This document shows, piece after piece, positions 49,010-57,640 of a stretch of DNA of 64,000 nucleotides. A model generated the notes under the pieces. That model saw only the letters and a list, made by a program, of their open reading frames with translations, searched no databases and was not told where the DNA came from. The stretch is from the NCBI GenBank assembly GCA_964499705.1, contig CAZCME010000008.1, positions 62,001 through 126,000 on the forward strand, read 5' to 3'. The position numbers and the translations under genes are program-made. How positions within the stretch are numbered: position 1 is the first letter of the stretch; each line of letters starts with the position of its first letter. This DNA is from an uncultured bacterium (lineage in GTDB: Bacteria > UBA8481).

Positions 49010-49566
49010 GATGCGCTTTGAGGCGCCTTTACCGGCGAGTACGGCTTGGGCCGCGGCCGATAAAACGGCGGCGGCGCAAGAACAAGGCACATACCTTCGC
49101 CATTCGTCACCGCGTCGTCAGGATCATCGAACCAGATCTTTCCCCACTCGTCCATCGGAACGAACCGATAACCGGGATCGCGATCCTTCACGACGAACCC
49201 GAGCGAGTGGGCATTCTTGACGTGAACGTAATGGTCGCCGTTCACAAACGCGATAACACCGTGACCTTCCTCCAGCTTCGCCCTGAGCTGATCCGCGCGA
49301 AGCCGCATCCCATCGCAGGTTATTCCATGAGATTCGACGACGCGCTTAAGCCCGATCATCGTCGTTCCCTCGGCATCCGTCCCGGCCAGCAATGCGACGG
49401 ATTCGGGCGAGGTTCTAATCCTGTATTCGGCCAGCAACGCAACCAACGCCTGAGGTCCGCAGTCGTTGGGGGCGGAAGGATTAATCGAAGCCCGGTTGCT
49501 GAAAAATAAATATAGCCCCACCGTCATGACTCCCACCAGGATGACCCAAGTAAGTATCCTCTTCAT
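49006..49566 (-). CDS. Stand-alone membrane-anchored C39-family cysteine peptidase
   Basis: N-terminal TM; NDCGPQAL (Cys), GTTMIGL, DHYV (His), D.DP; no ABC domains. Confidence 0.8.
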   Translation of the reverse strand: MKRILTWVILVGVMTVGLYLFFSNRASINPSAPNDCGPQALVALLAEYRIRTSPESVALLAGTDAEGTTMIGLKRVVESHGITCDGMRLRADQLRAKLEEGHGVIAFVNGDHYVHVKNAHSLGFVVKDRDPGYRFVPMDEWGKIWFDDPDDAVTNGEGMCLVLAPPPFYRPRPKPYSPVKAPQSAS

Positions 49567-49619
49567 AGCTCAGTCAGCCTCGATTCCAACCGCTCCTGCG
49601 GAGGAGAACGGGAGGTCAT

Positions 49620-49976
49620 TCATGAAGTTTTCTGCTCCTTGGTGTTTCGGCGACGCCAAGTTGAATCCGGATAGAAAAAGATATTTTTAACATAAGTGTA
49701 TCCGCGCTGAGAACTCAGGAAAACGGATATTCCCACTCCAATAATAAAAAATCCAATCGTGATATACGATACAACGCTACCGTTCTCGACTGAATACACC
49801 ATCATAAAGCTGGGGCCGTATGCAGCGACGCGCCCAACAACCCAAATAAGTGTGTCGAAAATGAGCTCGTTTTTCTGCCACGTCTTCCACGGATGATAGT
49901 AATAGTAGTGCAGAAGCAGGAGAAAATCGCAGAGAAAAATCATTACCATGGTCATCATAGAAGAGATACTAGCCAT
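49620..49976 (-). CDS. Low-GC membrane protein, candidate immunity protein
   Basis: Directly downstream of the RHS C-terminus; AT-rich; three hydrophobic segments. Confidence 0.6.
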   Translation of the reverse strand: MASISSMMTMVMIFLCDFLLLLHYYYYHPWKTWQKNELIFDTLIWVVGRVAAYGPSFMMVYSVENGSVVSYITIGFFIIGVGISVFLSSQRGYTYVKNIFFYPDSTWRRRNTKEQKTS

Positions 49977-49991
49977 AATATTTCGGTGTTT

Positions 49992-52900
49992 TCACGGGCA
50001 GCAGTTACCCGGCGGATTTACGGAGGGTTTGCCGGCACACGCGCTGAGGCAGTTTTGAACCGCGTTGTTAACATTATTTACCGCGAGAAGATAGCCTGCT
50101 GATGCTAATCCTGCGCAGAGTAGATAACCCCATCCTGTAACTGCCGCAGGACCACATGCTATGAGCTGTAAAGTATAGGCGGCGGATAGAGAGATCGCTG
50201 CGGTAGCTCCTGCTGCGTTGCAACAAGCCTGTGCCGTTTCCTTACACTTTATACTCGGACACTGATTTAAAGCGCTATTAGCTGCGGCAGTAATTACTGG
50301 AAAAACAACGCCTGGTGGCACTTTCCCCTCCGGGTCGGTTAAGTTTACGGGCCCGTTGAATACGTATGTGTATAAGTTGATTCCGCCGCGAATCCCGATC
50401 GGATCCACCTGCAGGAATCTCCCCAATCCCGCGCTGTAGAATCGGTTCCGGTAGTCGTAGATTGGATCGATCGGGCCGTCCTCTCGAGTCAGGCTTGATT
50501 CCAAGCGCCTTCCCGTGAAGAGCACCTCCGTCGAGGGGCGCCGATTCTTCGTTCGCCCTTCTGCGTCCAGCACCTTCACGGCGCCAAAGACGTCGTAGGC
50601 GTAACGCTCCTTCACCTTCCCGCGCTTGTCGGTCAGCGCTATGGTCGAGCCGAGATGATCGCGCAGGAGGAAGTGCTTCTCCCCCGACTCGCGTTGCGCC
50701 AGCACCTCGTCGATCAGGGGGCCGTTCACGTAGACTCGCTCGATATGCCTCGCGTGCCGCGCCTCGGCGAGCGCCTGCCAGCCGTCGTAGACGTACTGCG
50801 TCGTCCGCGAGCCGTACTCGCCTCCTGGCGCCTTCACCGTCCGCGTCAGGATCCGGTTCCCGATATCATACTGATAGCCGACGCGCATTCGCTCCTCATG
50901 CCCGTATCCGCGACCACGGCGATCCCGGTCGTGATCATCCTCGCCGTCATCGTCGCGGTCGTGGCCCTTGCCGATTCGCTTTAAGATCTCAACCAGGCGG
51001 TTCGCCGCGTCGTATCGATACGTCCTCGCGCCGTCCTTCACCAGGTTGCCGGTCTGGTCATAGGCGAGCGGCTTCGCATTCACCGTCGAATACTGGTTCA
51101 GATTGTTCGTCGCGTACGACGTGACGCCGACCGAGCCCGTTACAGTCGTTCTGTTTCCGGAAGGGTCGTAGTCGAAATTATTGTCCGGATGCGCATACCC
51201 TTCAGAATAGTCCGCCTCGTCGATCTGATGCTTGTCGTCGTACTTGTAGGCGTGCGTCCCCGCGCGATCCGTCCGTGATGTGATGTTGCCGGCAGCGTCA
51301 TAGGTGTATGATAAAGCCTCGATCGGCCCGGCCATATGACCCGTCGTGTTCGTATATGTCAGCGACGTCAATCGGCTTGCCGCGTCGAAACCGTAATCCG
51401 AACGGACGCCGTTCGGAAATAACATGGCCGTTCTACGGTTCGCCGCATCATATTCGAAGACGTACGCCGCGGAATCCATATCTACGATCTGTCCGACGCG
51501 ATTCATCGCATCGTAGTTCCATCGCACCTTGTCGCCGCCGGGATACTTGATCTTCGTCCGGTTCCCGACGGCGTCATATTCGTATCCAACCGCGAACCCG
51601 TTCGGCTGCACGACCTCGGTCGGGCGATGAAGCGCGTCATACGTGAATCGGTGCGTCCCGATGTTCTCGGTGATCCGTTCGATCCGGTTCGTGGCGGTGT
51701 ATGTCAGCCTCGCCGCACCCAGCGCGCCCGTCCGCTCGATCATCCGGTTCCCATCGTCGTACCGGAATGCGATTGCATCGCCCGCGCGATTCGTCCATGC
51801 CGTGACGTTCCCCGCCGCATCGAACGTCGATGCCTCGAAACTTCCGTCGGGATATGTCATCCTCGTCTCCCGGCCCACCGCATCGTGCTGGAATGTCGTC
51901 ACGTTCCCCTTTTCGTCCGTAAGCGAAATCATCCGCCCCGCCGCATCATACGCCGCGCGAACGATTCCGCCCTCCGCGTCCGCGGATGTCAACGGCTTGT
52001 CCCAGATATTATAGGTGAAGTGCGTCGAATTACCCAGAGGATCCATCAACTGCGTCAGTTTTCCCTTCCCGTCATACGCGAATGCCGTCACGTTTCCGAG
52101 CGGATCGATCACCGCGACCGGTTTGTCCTGGCTCTGACCGTTCCCGCCCCCTGAACAACCTCCGCACCCAACTCCTCCTCCTGCCCCTGGCGCGGCATAG
52201 ATCATCTGCGTCGTGTTCCCGAGAGGATCGACACGGGCGATCACCCGGTCGTTATCGTCAAAGTAGGTTTGGATGCGAGTCGAGTTCGGAAACTCAACTT
52301 CGACGATCCGGTTCGCCAAGTCATATGTCGATCTCATCGTATGCCCATTCGCGTCCGTCGACTCGATCGGCCTCTGGAGCGCATCATAGACGACAGTTGT
52401 CACATGACCCAGCGGATCGGTGATGGCTATGAGATTTCCCGCCGCATCATACCCGAAACGTGTCGTGCTCCCCTCGGCGTCCGTTTCCGCAATCGTCCGG
52501 CCTTCCGCGTCGAATTCGAAGGATTCCGCGTTGTCGTTCGCGTCGATTTTCCGGACAAGGTTTCCGCGCGCATCGAGCTCGTTCCGCATCACATGCCCGT
52601 TCGGATCCGTCCGGGTCTCCCAGACGTTGAAGTCCGCGTTAAAGGTGTACCGCGTCACGTGTCCCAAGGCGTCCGAGATCGATGACTGGTTCCCGTTCGC
52701 GTCATACTCGAACCGTGTGACGTTCCCGAGCGGATCCGTCCGGGTCAGCATTACGAACGTCGAAGTGTCGTAGGTATAGGACCAGATCTGTCCGTCAGGA
52801 TCGATCACCGCCGTCGGAAGGCCCGGGAACGTGTATTCGTATCGCCAAGTCTTGCCGTTCTCATCGGTCATGGTCGATGTGCCGAGGAGATTGTTCGAGG

Positions 52901-54026
52901 AGAGCGTCACCGTCCTGCCATCCGCCTTGATCTGCTGAACAACCTGATCGAGGTTGTTGTATACATATTGCGTCGTATATCCCATCGCATCCGTGATCCG
53001 GGTGATATTGAAGGGCGCGGCCGCCGACGTATAGCCATACACATTCACCCGCCCCATGGGATCGACGACGGCGGTCAGCCTTCGAGGACCATCATACTGA
53101 TAATTCCAGACCCGGCCCGTAAAGTCCGTGACTCGGATGAGCCGTCCCGATCCGTCATAGTCGAAAGAAAGTGAATGGCCGATATCGTCCATCATCGAAA
53201 CGATCCTCGATCCGGTTGTCGCGATCGAAAGCCGGTGGCCGTTCCGGTCCTCAATGCCCGCGAGCCGGCCGATGGCGCTGAATGCATGCTTCATTCCATA
53301 GGCTGAGGTCATTAGATAGCTGCCGTCCAACTCTTTCACGATTTCGATCTGACCGCCTTTCCACGGTCCGCGAAAAATCCCGCCGGCGTCGATGGCGGTA
53401 TCGGTGAGGAAATGGAGCGAGCCGCTTCCGTCCCGGACGACGCATACCGACTTGCCCGCCGGAGTATCGATCCTCTCCTGGAGATTCATGTCCAGCACAG
53501 TCACCCAGCCGACGCCGAGCACGCCTTCGAAATTGTCCTGGCTCGACCAGGAGCGGCGGAATTCGAGATTGAGGCTTGTCATCCGTCCCGGCCCCGGAAT
53601 CATCACGTCCGTCACAGGCAGGAAGAATTTGCCACCCGTGAATATGACGGGATCCTCCACGCACTGTTGACCACCCGGTCCAGGCGGCACCCCTCCGGAG
53701 CCGGGACCCGGAGGGCCGCCACAGGAACCGAAAAGCATGCAAACATTGGGATTCTGGGATGGCGGCGGCGGAGGTGGAGGCGGCTTCGGCGCCTGGCATG
53801 GCGGCAATGGATTATTCGTGCCGGGAGACGGCGGACTACCACACCCTTGAGGAGGGGGCGCGTTTCCCCCTTTGACATTCCCCATTTCGAACTCCGACAG
53901 CTTCTGGTCGTCCGTCTGAACCGACGAAGCGGCCGACCAGAATCCGAGTCCCCCTGCTTGCAAGACCAGACTCACGACGCAGAGGAAAGCGATTCTCCGC
54001 AACCAGAACCAGCGCGTCATCGTCAC
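49992..54026 (-). CDS. RHS/YD-repeat protein with double-glycine motif and Cys-rich C-terminal cargo
   Basis: DPV..G and LGVGW (DUF6531-like), many YD repeats, core RFYSAGLGRFLQVDPIG..NLYTY..PVNLTDPEG. Confidence 0.93.
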   Translation of the reverse strand: MTMTRWFWLRRIAFLCVVSLVLQAGGLGFWSAASSVQTDDQKLSEFEMGNVKGGNAPPPQGCGSPPSPGTNNPLPPCQAPKPPPPPPPPSQNPNVCMLFGSCGGPPGPGSGGVPPGPGGQQCVEDPVIFTGGKFFLPVTDVMIPGPGRMTSLNLEFRRSWSSQDNFEGVLGVGWVTVLDMNLQERIDTPAGKSVCVVRDGSGSLHFLTDTAIDAGGIFRGPWKGGQIEIVKELDGSYLMTSAYGMKHAFSAIGRLAGIEDRNGHRLSIATTGSRIVSMMDDIGHSLSFDYDGSGRLIRVTDFTGRVWNYQYDGPRRLTAVVDPMGRVNVYGYTSAAAPFNITRITDAMGYTTQYVYNNLDQVVQQIKADGRTVTLSSNNLLGTSTMTDENGKTWRYEYTFPGLPTAVIDPDGQIWSYTYDTSTFVMLTRTDPLGNVTRFEYDANGNQSSISDALGHVTRYTFNADFNVWETRTDPNGHVMRNELDARGNLVRKIDANDNAESFEFDAEGRTIAETDAEGSTTRFGYDAAGNLIAITDPLGHVTTVVYDALQRPIESTDANGHTMRSTYDLANRIVEVEFPNSTRIQTYFDDNDRVIARVDPLGNTTQMIYAAPGAGGGVGCGGCSGGGNGQSQDKPVAVIDPLGNVTAFAYDGKGKLTQLMDPLGNSTHFTYNIWDKPLTSADAEGGIVRAAYDAAGRMISLTDEKGNVTTFQHDAVGRETRMTYPDGSFEASTFDAAGNVTAWTNRAGDAIAFRYDDGNRMIERTGALGAARLTYTATNRIERITENIGTHRFTYDALHRPTEVVQPNGFAVGYEYDAVGNRTKIKYPGGDKVRWNYDAMNRVGQIVDMDSAAYVFEYDAANRRTAMLFPNGVRSDYGFDAASRLTSLTYTNTTGHMAGPIEALSYTYDAAGNITSRTDRAGTHAYKYDDKHQIDEADYSEGYAHPDNNFDYDPSGNRTTVTGSVGVTSYATNNLNQYSTVNAKPLAYDQTGNLVKDGARTYRYDAANRLVEILKRIGKGHDRDDDGEDDHDRDRRGRGYGHEERMRVGYQYDIGNRILTRTVKAPGGEYGSRTTQYVYDGWQALAEARHARHIERVYVNGPLIDEVLAQRESGEKHFLLRDHLGSTIALTDKRGKVKERYAYDVFGAVKVLDAEGRTKNRRPSTEVLFTGRRLESSLTREDGPIDPIYDYRNRFYSAGLGRFLQVDPIGIRGGINLYTYVFNGPVNLTDPEGKVPPGVVFPVITAAANSALNQCPSIKCKETAQACCNAAGATAAISLSAAYTLQLIACGPAAVTGWGYLLCAGLASAGYLLAVNNVNNAVQNCLSACAGKPSVNPPGNCCP

Positions 54027-55243
54027 AGCGTCGCCGACGGCGGGATTCTTCCGGCAAGTTTCCGCGCGATGTAATCGTTTACCGTCGCGATCGACTCGCG
54101 CGCTTCGACCGCGCAGTTGGCCGGCGCAAGATCATTCGCCGCGACAGCTTCAAACTCCCGCTTCGCGCCCGCGAGATCGCGGCGGTAGAAGAGAATTCTC
54201 CCCTTCCTCAAATGAGCCTCCGAAGCGTAGCCGTCATAGGCGGCAGCTTGATCCAGATACGCCACGGCGTCGTCGATGCGGCGCATTTCATAGAGAACAT
54301 CGGCCAGTTCCATAAGGCACTCCGGAACCATCTGACCCGCCTGCACCGCGCCGTTCCCGTACGACAGCGCCTCCTCGCGCGGGTTCGCGAGCCGGTAGTC
54401 ATTTCGAAAGCTCTGGATTACCTTTACCGGGTTGGAGTCCCGCTCGAAGCACTCCCGCGCCAGAGCGAAATTCTGCATCTGCACATGGAGATCACCAAGG
54501 CCGTTCCAGTCATTGATGCATCGAAAAAAATGTTCGGCAATCTTCCAATCGCCCTGTGACATGTAAGCATAACCGAGGCCACCGGCGTCATTGACCGAGC
54601 GAAAACACTCGATGGCCTTTGAAAAATCCCGCCGCGCCAACGCAACCAGGCCGAGACCGTGCTGATCATGCGCTTCCGCAAAAAGCGCCTCGGCGTCGTC
54701 ATACCGTTCCTCCGCCAATGCGACCAGAGCCAGGCCACTCTTGTCGCCCACTTGCTCAAAAGCGTGACGCGCGCCCGCGCAGTCTTTCTTCGCCAACGCC
54801 AGAAGCCCCAGCCCGGACCAATCATTCGCCCGTGTGAAAGCGTCGCGCGCGGATTTCTCGTCGCGCATGGCGAGAGCGACAAGTCCCAGCGCGCGATCAT
54901 CTTTCGCGGCCGCGGCCGTCGAAAGCGCGGAGCGGTAATTTCGCCGTTTCAGGTCACAGAGCGCCAATCCACTGGAGTCGTTTGCCGCACGAAAGCACCG
55001 TTCGGCGTCCTCGACCCGATGGAGCGCGAGATACGACATGCCCGCGCCGCAGTGATCGCCGATGGCGAGGTATCGTTCAAGCGCCGCCGCGTAGTCGCGC
55101 TGAGAAAAGGCGAGGTAAGCGGCTGTGCGAACGCCATCCTCGAATCCATACAGGGCTGACGAGAAGAGAATCACCGCGAAGGGGACGACCAACCGAAATC
55201 GGCATGTTTTGGAGTACCGCGTGAGAAAGGAGAAGCGGCTCAT
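54023..55243 (-). CDS. Secreted alpha-solenoid (TPR-like) protein with 26-aa repeats
   Basis: Signal-like N-terminus; about 8 repeats DxxGLGLvALxxRDyxxAxxxFxxxN; GTGA overlap with the RHS gene. Confidence 0.8.
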   Translation of the reverse strand: MSRFSFLTRYSKTCRFRLVVPFAVILFSSALYGFEDGVRTAAYLAFSQRDYAAALERYLAIGDHCGAGMSYLALHRVEDAERCFRAANDSSGLALCDLKRRNYRSALSTAAAAKDDRALGLVALAMRDEKSARDAFTRANDWSGLGLLALAKKDCAGARHAFEQVGDKSGLALVALAEERYDDAEALFAEAHDQHGLGLVALARRDFSKAIECFRSVNDAGGLGYAYMSQGDWKIAEHFFRCINDWNGLGDLHVQMQNFALARECFERDSNPVKVIQSFRNDYRLANPREEALSYGNGAVQAGQMVPECLMELADVLYEMRRIDDAVAYLDQAAAYDGYASEAHLRKGRILFYRRDLAGAKREFEAVAANDLAPANCAVEARESIATVNDYIARKLAGRIPPSATL

Positions 55244-55281
55244 TCGACCAGCCGCAGGGACGGAACCGATCGAAGAACTAC

Positions 55282-55422
55282 ATGATACCCCCCCCCCGCA
55301 TTTTATCGGAAGAGTTCAAATGATTTGCGTCCCGTTCACTCATGGCTAAGCATAGAATATGTTCATATGTTATTAAGAATGTCAAGATATGAAATGAATA
55401 TTTATAAATATAATATTCTATG
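55282..55422 (-). promoter_or_regulatory. AT-rich regulatory region of the RHS operon, with G10 tract
   Basis: Minus-strand TATCAT (55282-55287) preceded by G10; TTGACA at 55380-55385; palindrome ATATTTATAAATAT 55398-55411. Confidence 0.5.
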
Positions 55423-55463
55423 TTCCGTGCAGGCGAGATAAATCCCGGTTATCCTGGAATAAA

Positions 55464-56087
55464 CTAAGTTCCGAAAAATCGATCCCCTGCATCTCCGAGT
55501 CCCGGGACAATGTACATCTTTTCATTGAGGACGGGATCGACGGCCGCGACGATGATCGGCACGTCGGGATGAGCCTTCTTCAGGGTATCGATGCCGCGGG
55601 GGGAGGCGATGACGGAGACGAAGCGGATCGCACGCGCGCCCATCTCCTTCACCTTGTCGACGGCGAAGACGGCGGACCCGCCCGTCGCGAGCATGGGGTC
55701 GAGGATGAAGACGGAGCAGTCGCGGAGATCGCGTGGCCCGGAGCGGTGATATTCGACCGGCTGGAAAGTCTCCTCGTTTCGATACGCGCCGATGAAACCG
55801 ACGCAGGCTTCGGGGAAGACATCGAGCGCGCCTTCCAGGAGACCGAGACCGGCGCGGAGGATGGGAAAGAGAACGACGCGCGACTTGAGGCGCTTACCCT
55901 TCGCCGTGCCGCAGGGCGTCACAACCTCGTGCTCGATCGTTTCGAGACCGCGAGCGGCTTCATAGACGAGAAACGGCGCCAGCGATTTCAACGCGATCCG
56001 GAACTCGCTCGGGGTTGTCTCCTTGTCGCGCATCGTCGTCAACCTGTCGGTGACGATCGGATTCTCCGGGATGTGCAGGCCGGTCAT
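55464..56087 (-). CDS. upp: Uracil phosphoribosyltransferase
   Basis: PILRAG, LDPMLATGGS, YIVPGLGDAGDR. Confidence 0.95.
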   Translation of the reverse strand: MTGLHIPENPIVTDRLTTMRDKETTPSEFRIALKSLAPFLVYEAARGLETIEHEVVTPCGTAKGKRLKSRVVLFPILRAGLGLLEGALDVFPEACVGFIGAYRNEETFQPVEYHRSGPRDLRDCSVFILDPMLATGGSAVFAVDKVKEMGARAIRFVSVIASPRGIDTLKKAHPDVPIIVAAVDPVLNEKMYIVPGLGDAGDRFFGT

Positions 56088-56551
56088 GCGGCGTTCCCGC
56101 GCGCGGGCGAGCAGGAGCCGTCGATCATCCTGACGCGCTTATCATGGCGGCCTCCTTCGAACGGTGTCGATAGAAACGCGTCGACGCACGCCACGGCTTC
56201 CTCCTCGGAAACGAAGCGGCCGGGAAGAACGAGGATGTTCGCGTTGTTGTGTGCGCGGGAGAGTCGGGCGAATTCGCGGTTGAAGCAGAGCGCGGCGCGT
56301 GCACCGGGAACGCGGTTGGCCGCGATCGACATGCCGATGCCGCTGCCGCAGACGAGGAGCCCCACTTCGCCCGATTCCCCGGACGCGGCGATCCGCTCAG
56401 CCACGGCCCGCGCCACCCCGGGATAGTCGACGGGATTTTCGTCCCTGGCTCCGAGATCGATAATCTCCGTTCCCAGCGCGGACAGATGCGCCCTCAAGGA
56501 TTCCTTCATGACAAAACCCGCGTGATCGGCTCCGACAACGACCCGTCCCAC
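56084..56551 (-). CDS. rpiB: Ribose-5-phosphate isomerase B
   Basis: DHAG, DYP, CGSGIGMSIAANR, RAHNNAN, FEGGRH. Confidence 0.95.
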   Translation of the reverse strand: MGRVVVGADHAGFVMKESLRAHLSALGTEIIDLGARDENPVDYPGVARAVAERIAASGESGEVGLLVCGSGIGMSIAANRVPGARAALCFNREFARLSRAHNNANILVLPGRFVSEEEAVACVDAFLSTPFEGGRHDKRVRMIDGSCSPARGNAA

Positions 56552-56556
56552 CAGTT

Positions 56557-57558
56557 TCAGCGAGCGACCTTGTTGACGATCTTCGCGCGGCTCTTCAGGG
56601 ACGCGATGAGGGAGAGAACGGCGTCGGAGGACTTCTGCTGCTGAGCGGCGCGCATGCAGTTTTCCTTCGCCTCTTCGAAGGAGACGAGCTGTTCCTCCTG
56701 GTGTTCCTCCACGAGGATAATGTGATATCCGAACTGCGTCTTCACGGGGTCCGAAACTTTCCCCTTGGGCAGCGAGAAGGCGACCTTCTCGAATTCATCC
56801 ACCATCTGACCGCGTGGGAAGAAACCGAGATCGCCGCCGCGTGGAGCGCTCGGGCAGATCGACTTCGTCCGGGCCAGTTCCTCGAACGAGGCGCCTTTAT
56901 CGAGCTGGCTCTTGATCTCCTTGATGCCCTTCAGGCCGTCGGTGTCGTCCTTCACGAGAATGTGGCGCGCGTGGACGGCTTCGGGCCTCAGGAAGCGCTC
57001 CTTGTTCTCCGTGTAGAACGCCATCGCATCGGACTCGGACGCTTCCCTGTCGCCGATCCGCTTCTCGAGATACTGGCTGATAAGGAGGCTTTCCTTGATC
57101 TCCTTCATCACGCTCTCCATCGATTCGCCGTCCTTCTTGAAAGCCTCCGACATGGCTTCATCCGAAGGAAAGCTGCGGATCACGTTGTGCCAGGCGGACT
57201 GCATCGAGTCCTTGGAAACGGTATGGCGCGCCTTCTGCGCGGCCGTCAGGAGAACGAGCCTGCTGATGAGCGCATCCGCGACCTTGGATTCGAACTCCAG
57301 CCGGAACTTCGCCATCTCCGGCGCCATCAGCATCGTCTCCGTGACTCCCATCTGCATCACCTGGCGGCGCATCTCCCGCATCGCCCGCTTTTCAAACGCA
57401 TCGCGCGTGATCTTGATGCCGTTGACCTCGATGACGACCGGCGAGGCGGGCGCGGCACGGCGCACGGCGGCCTGGGCCGGCGACGCGTGGAAAAGAAACA
57501 GGGAGAACAAAGCGAGCGAACAAGCGCGGACCGCAAGCGATCCAGAAGACGGTTTCAT
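56557..57558 (-). CDS. Periplasmic parvulin-type PPIase/chaperone (SurA/PrsA-like)
   Basis: Signal peptide, ARHILV, GGDLGFF, TQFGYHII; GAGGAG SD before ATG 57558. Confidence 0.9.
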   Translation of the reverse strand: MKPSSGSLAVRACSLALFSLFLFHASPAQAAVRRAAPASPVVIEVNGIKITRDAFEKRAMREMRRQVMQMGVTETMLMAPEMAKFRLEFESKVADALISRLVLLTAAQKARHTVSKDSMQSAWHNVIRSFPSDEAMSEAFKKDGESMESVMKEIKESLLISQYLEKRIGDREASESDAMAFYTENKERFLRPEAVHARHILVKDDTDGLKGIKEIKSQLDKGASFEELARTKSICPSAPRGGDLGFFPRGQMVDEFEKVAFSLPKGKVSDPVKTQFGYHIILVEEHQEEQLVSFEEAKENCMRAAQQQKSSDAVLSLIASLKSRAKIVNKVAR

Positions 57559-57640
57559 GAAAAACTCCTCGGGTGAAGACATGGTGAATCGGCGCAATAG
57601 TATATCCCGGCCGGGTCGCGCCGTCACTCAATTCAAGCGA

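Noticed and set aside
49992-54026. RHS as a T6SS or Tc toxin effector
   Set aside because: No PAAR, VgrG, EagR or TcB features; the N-terminus is signal-peptide-like
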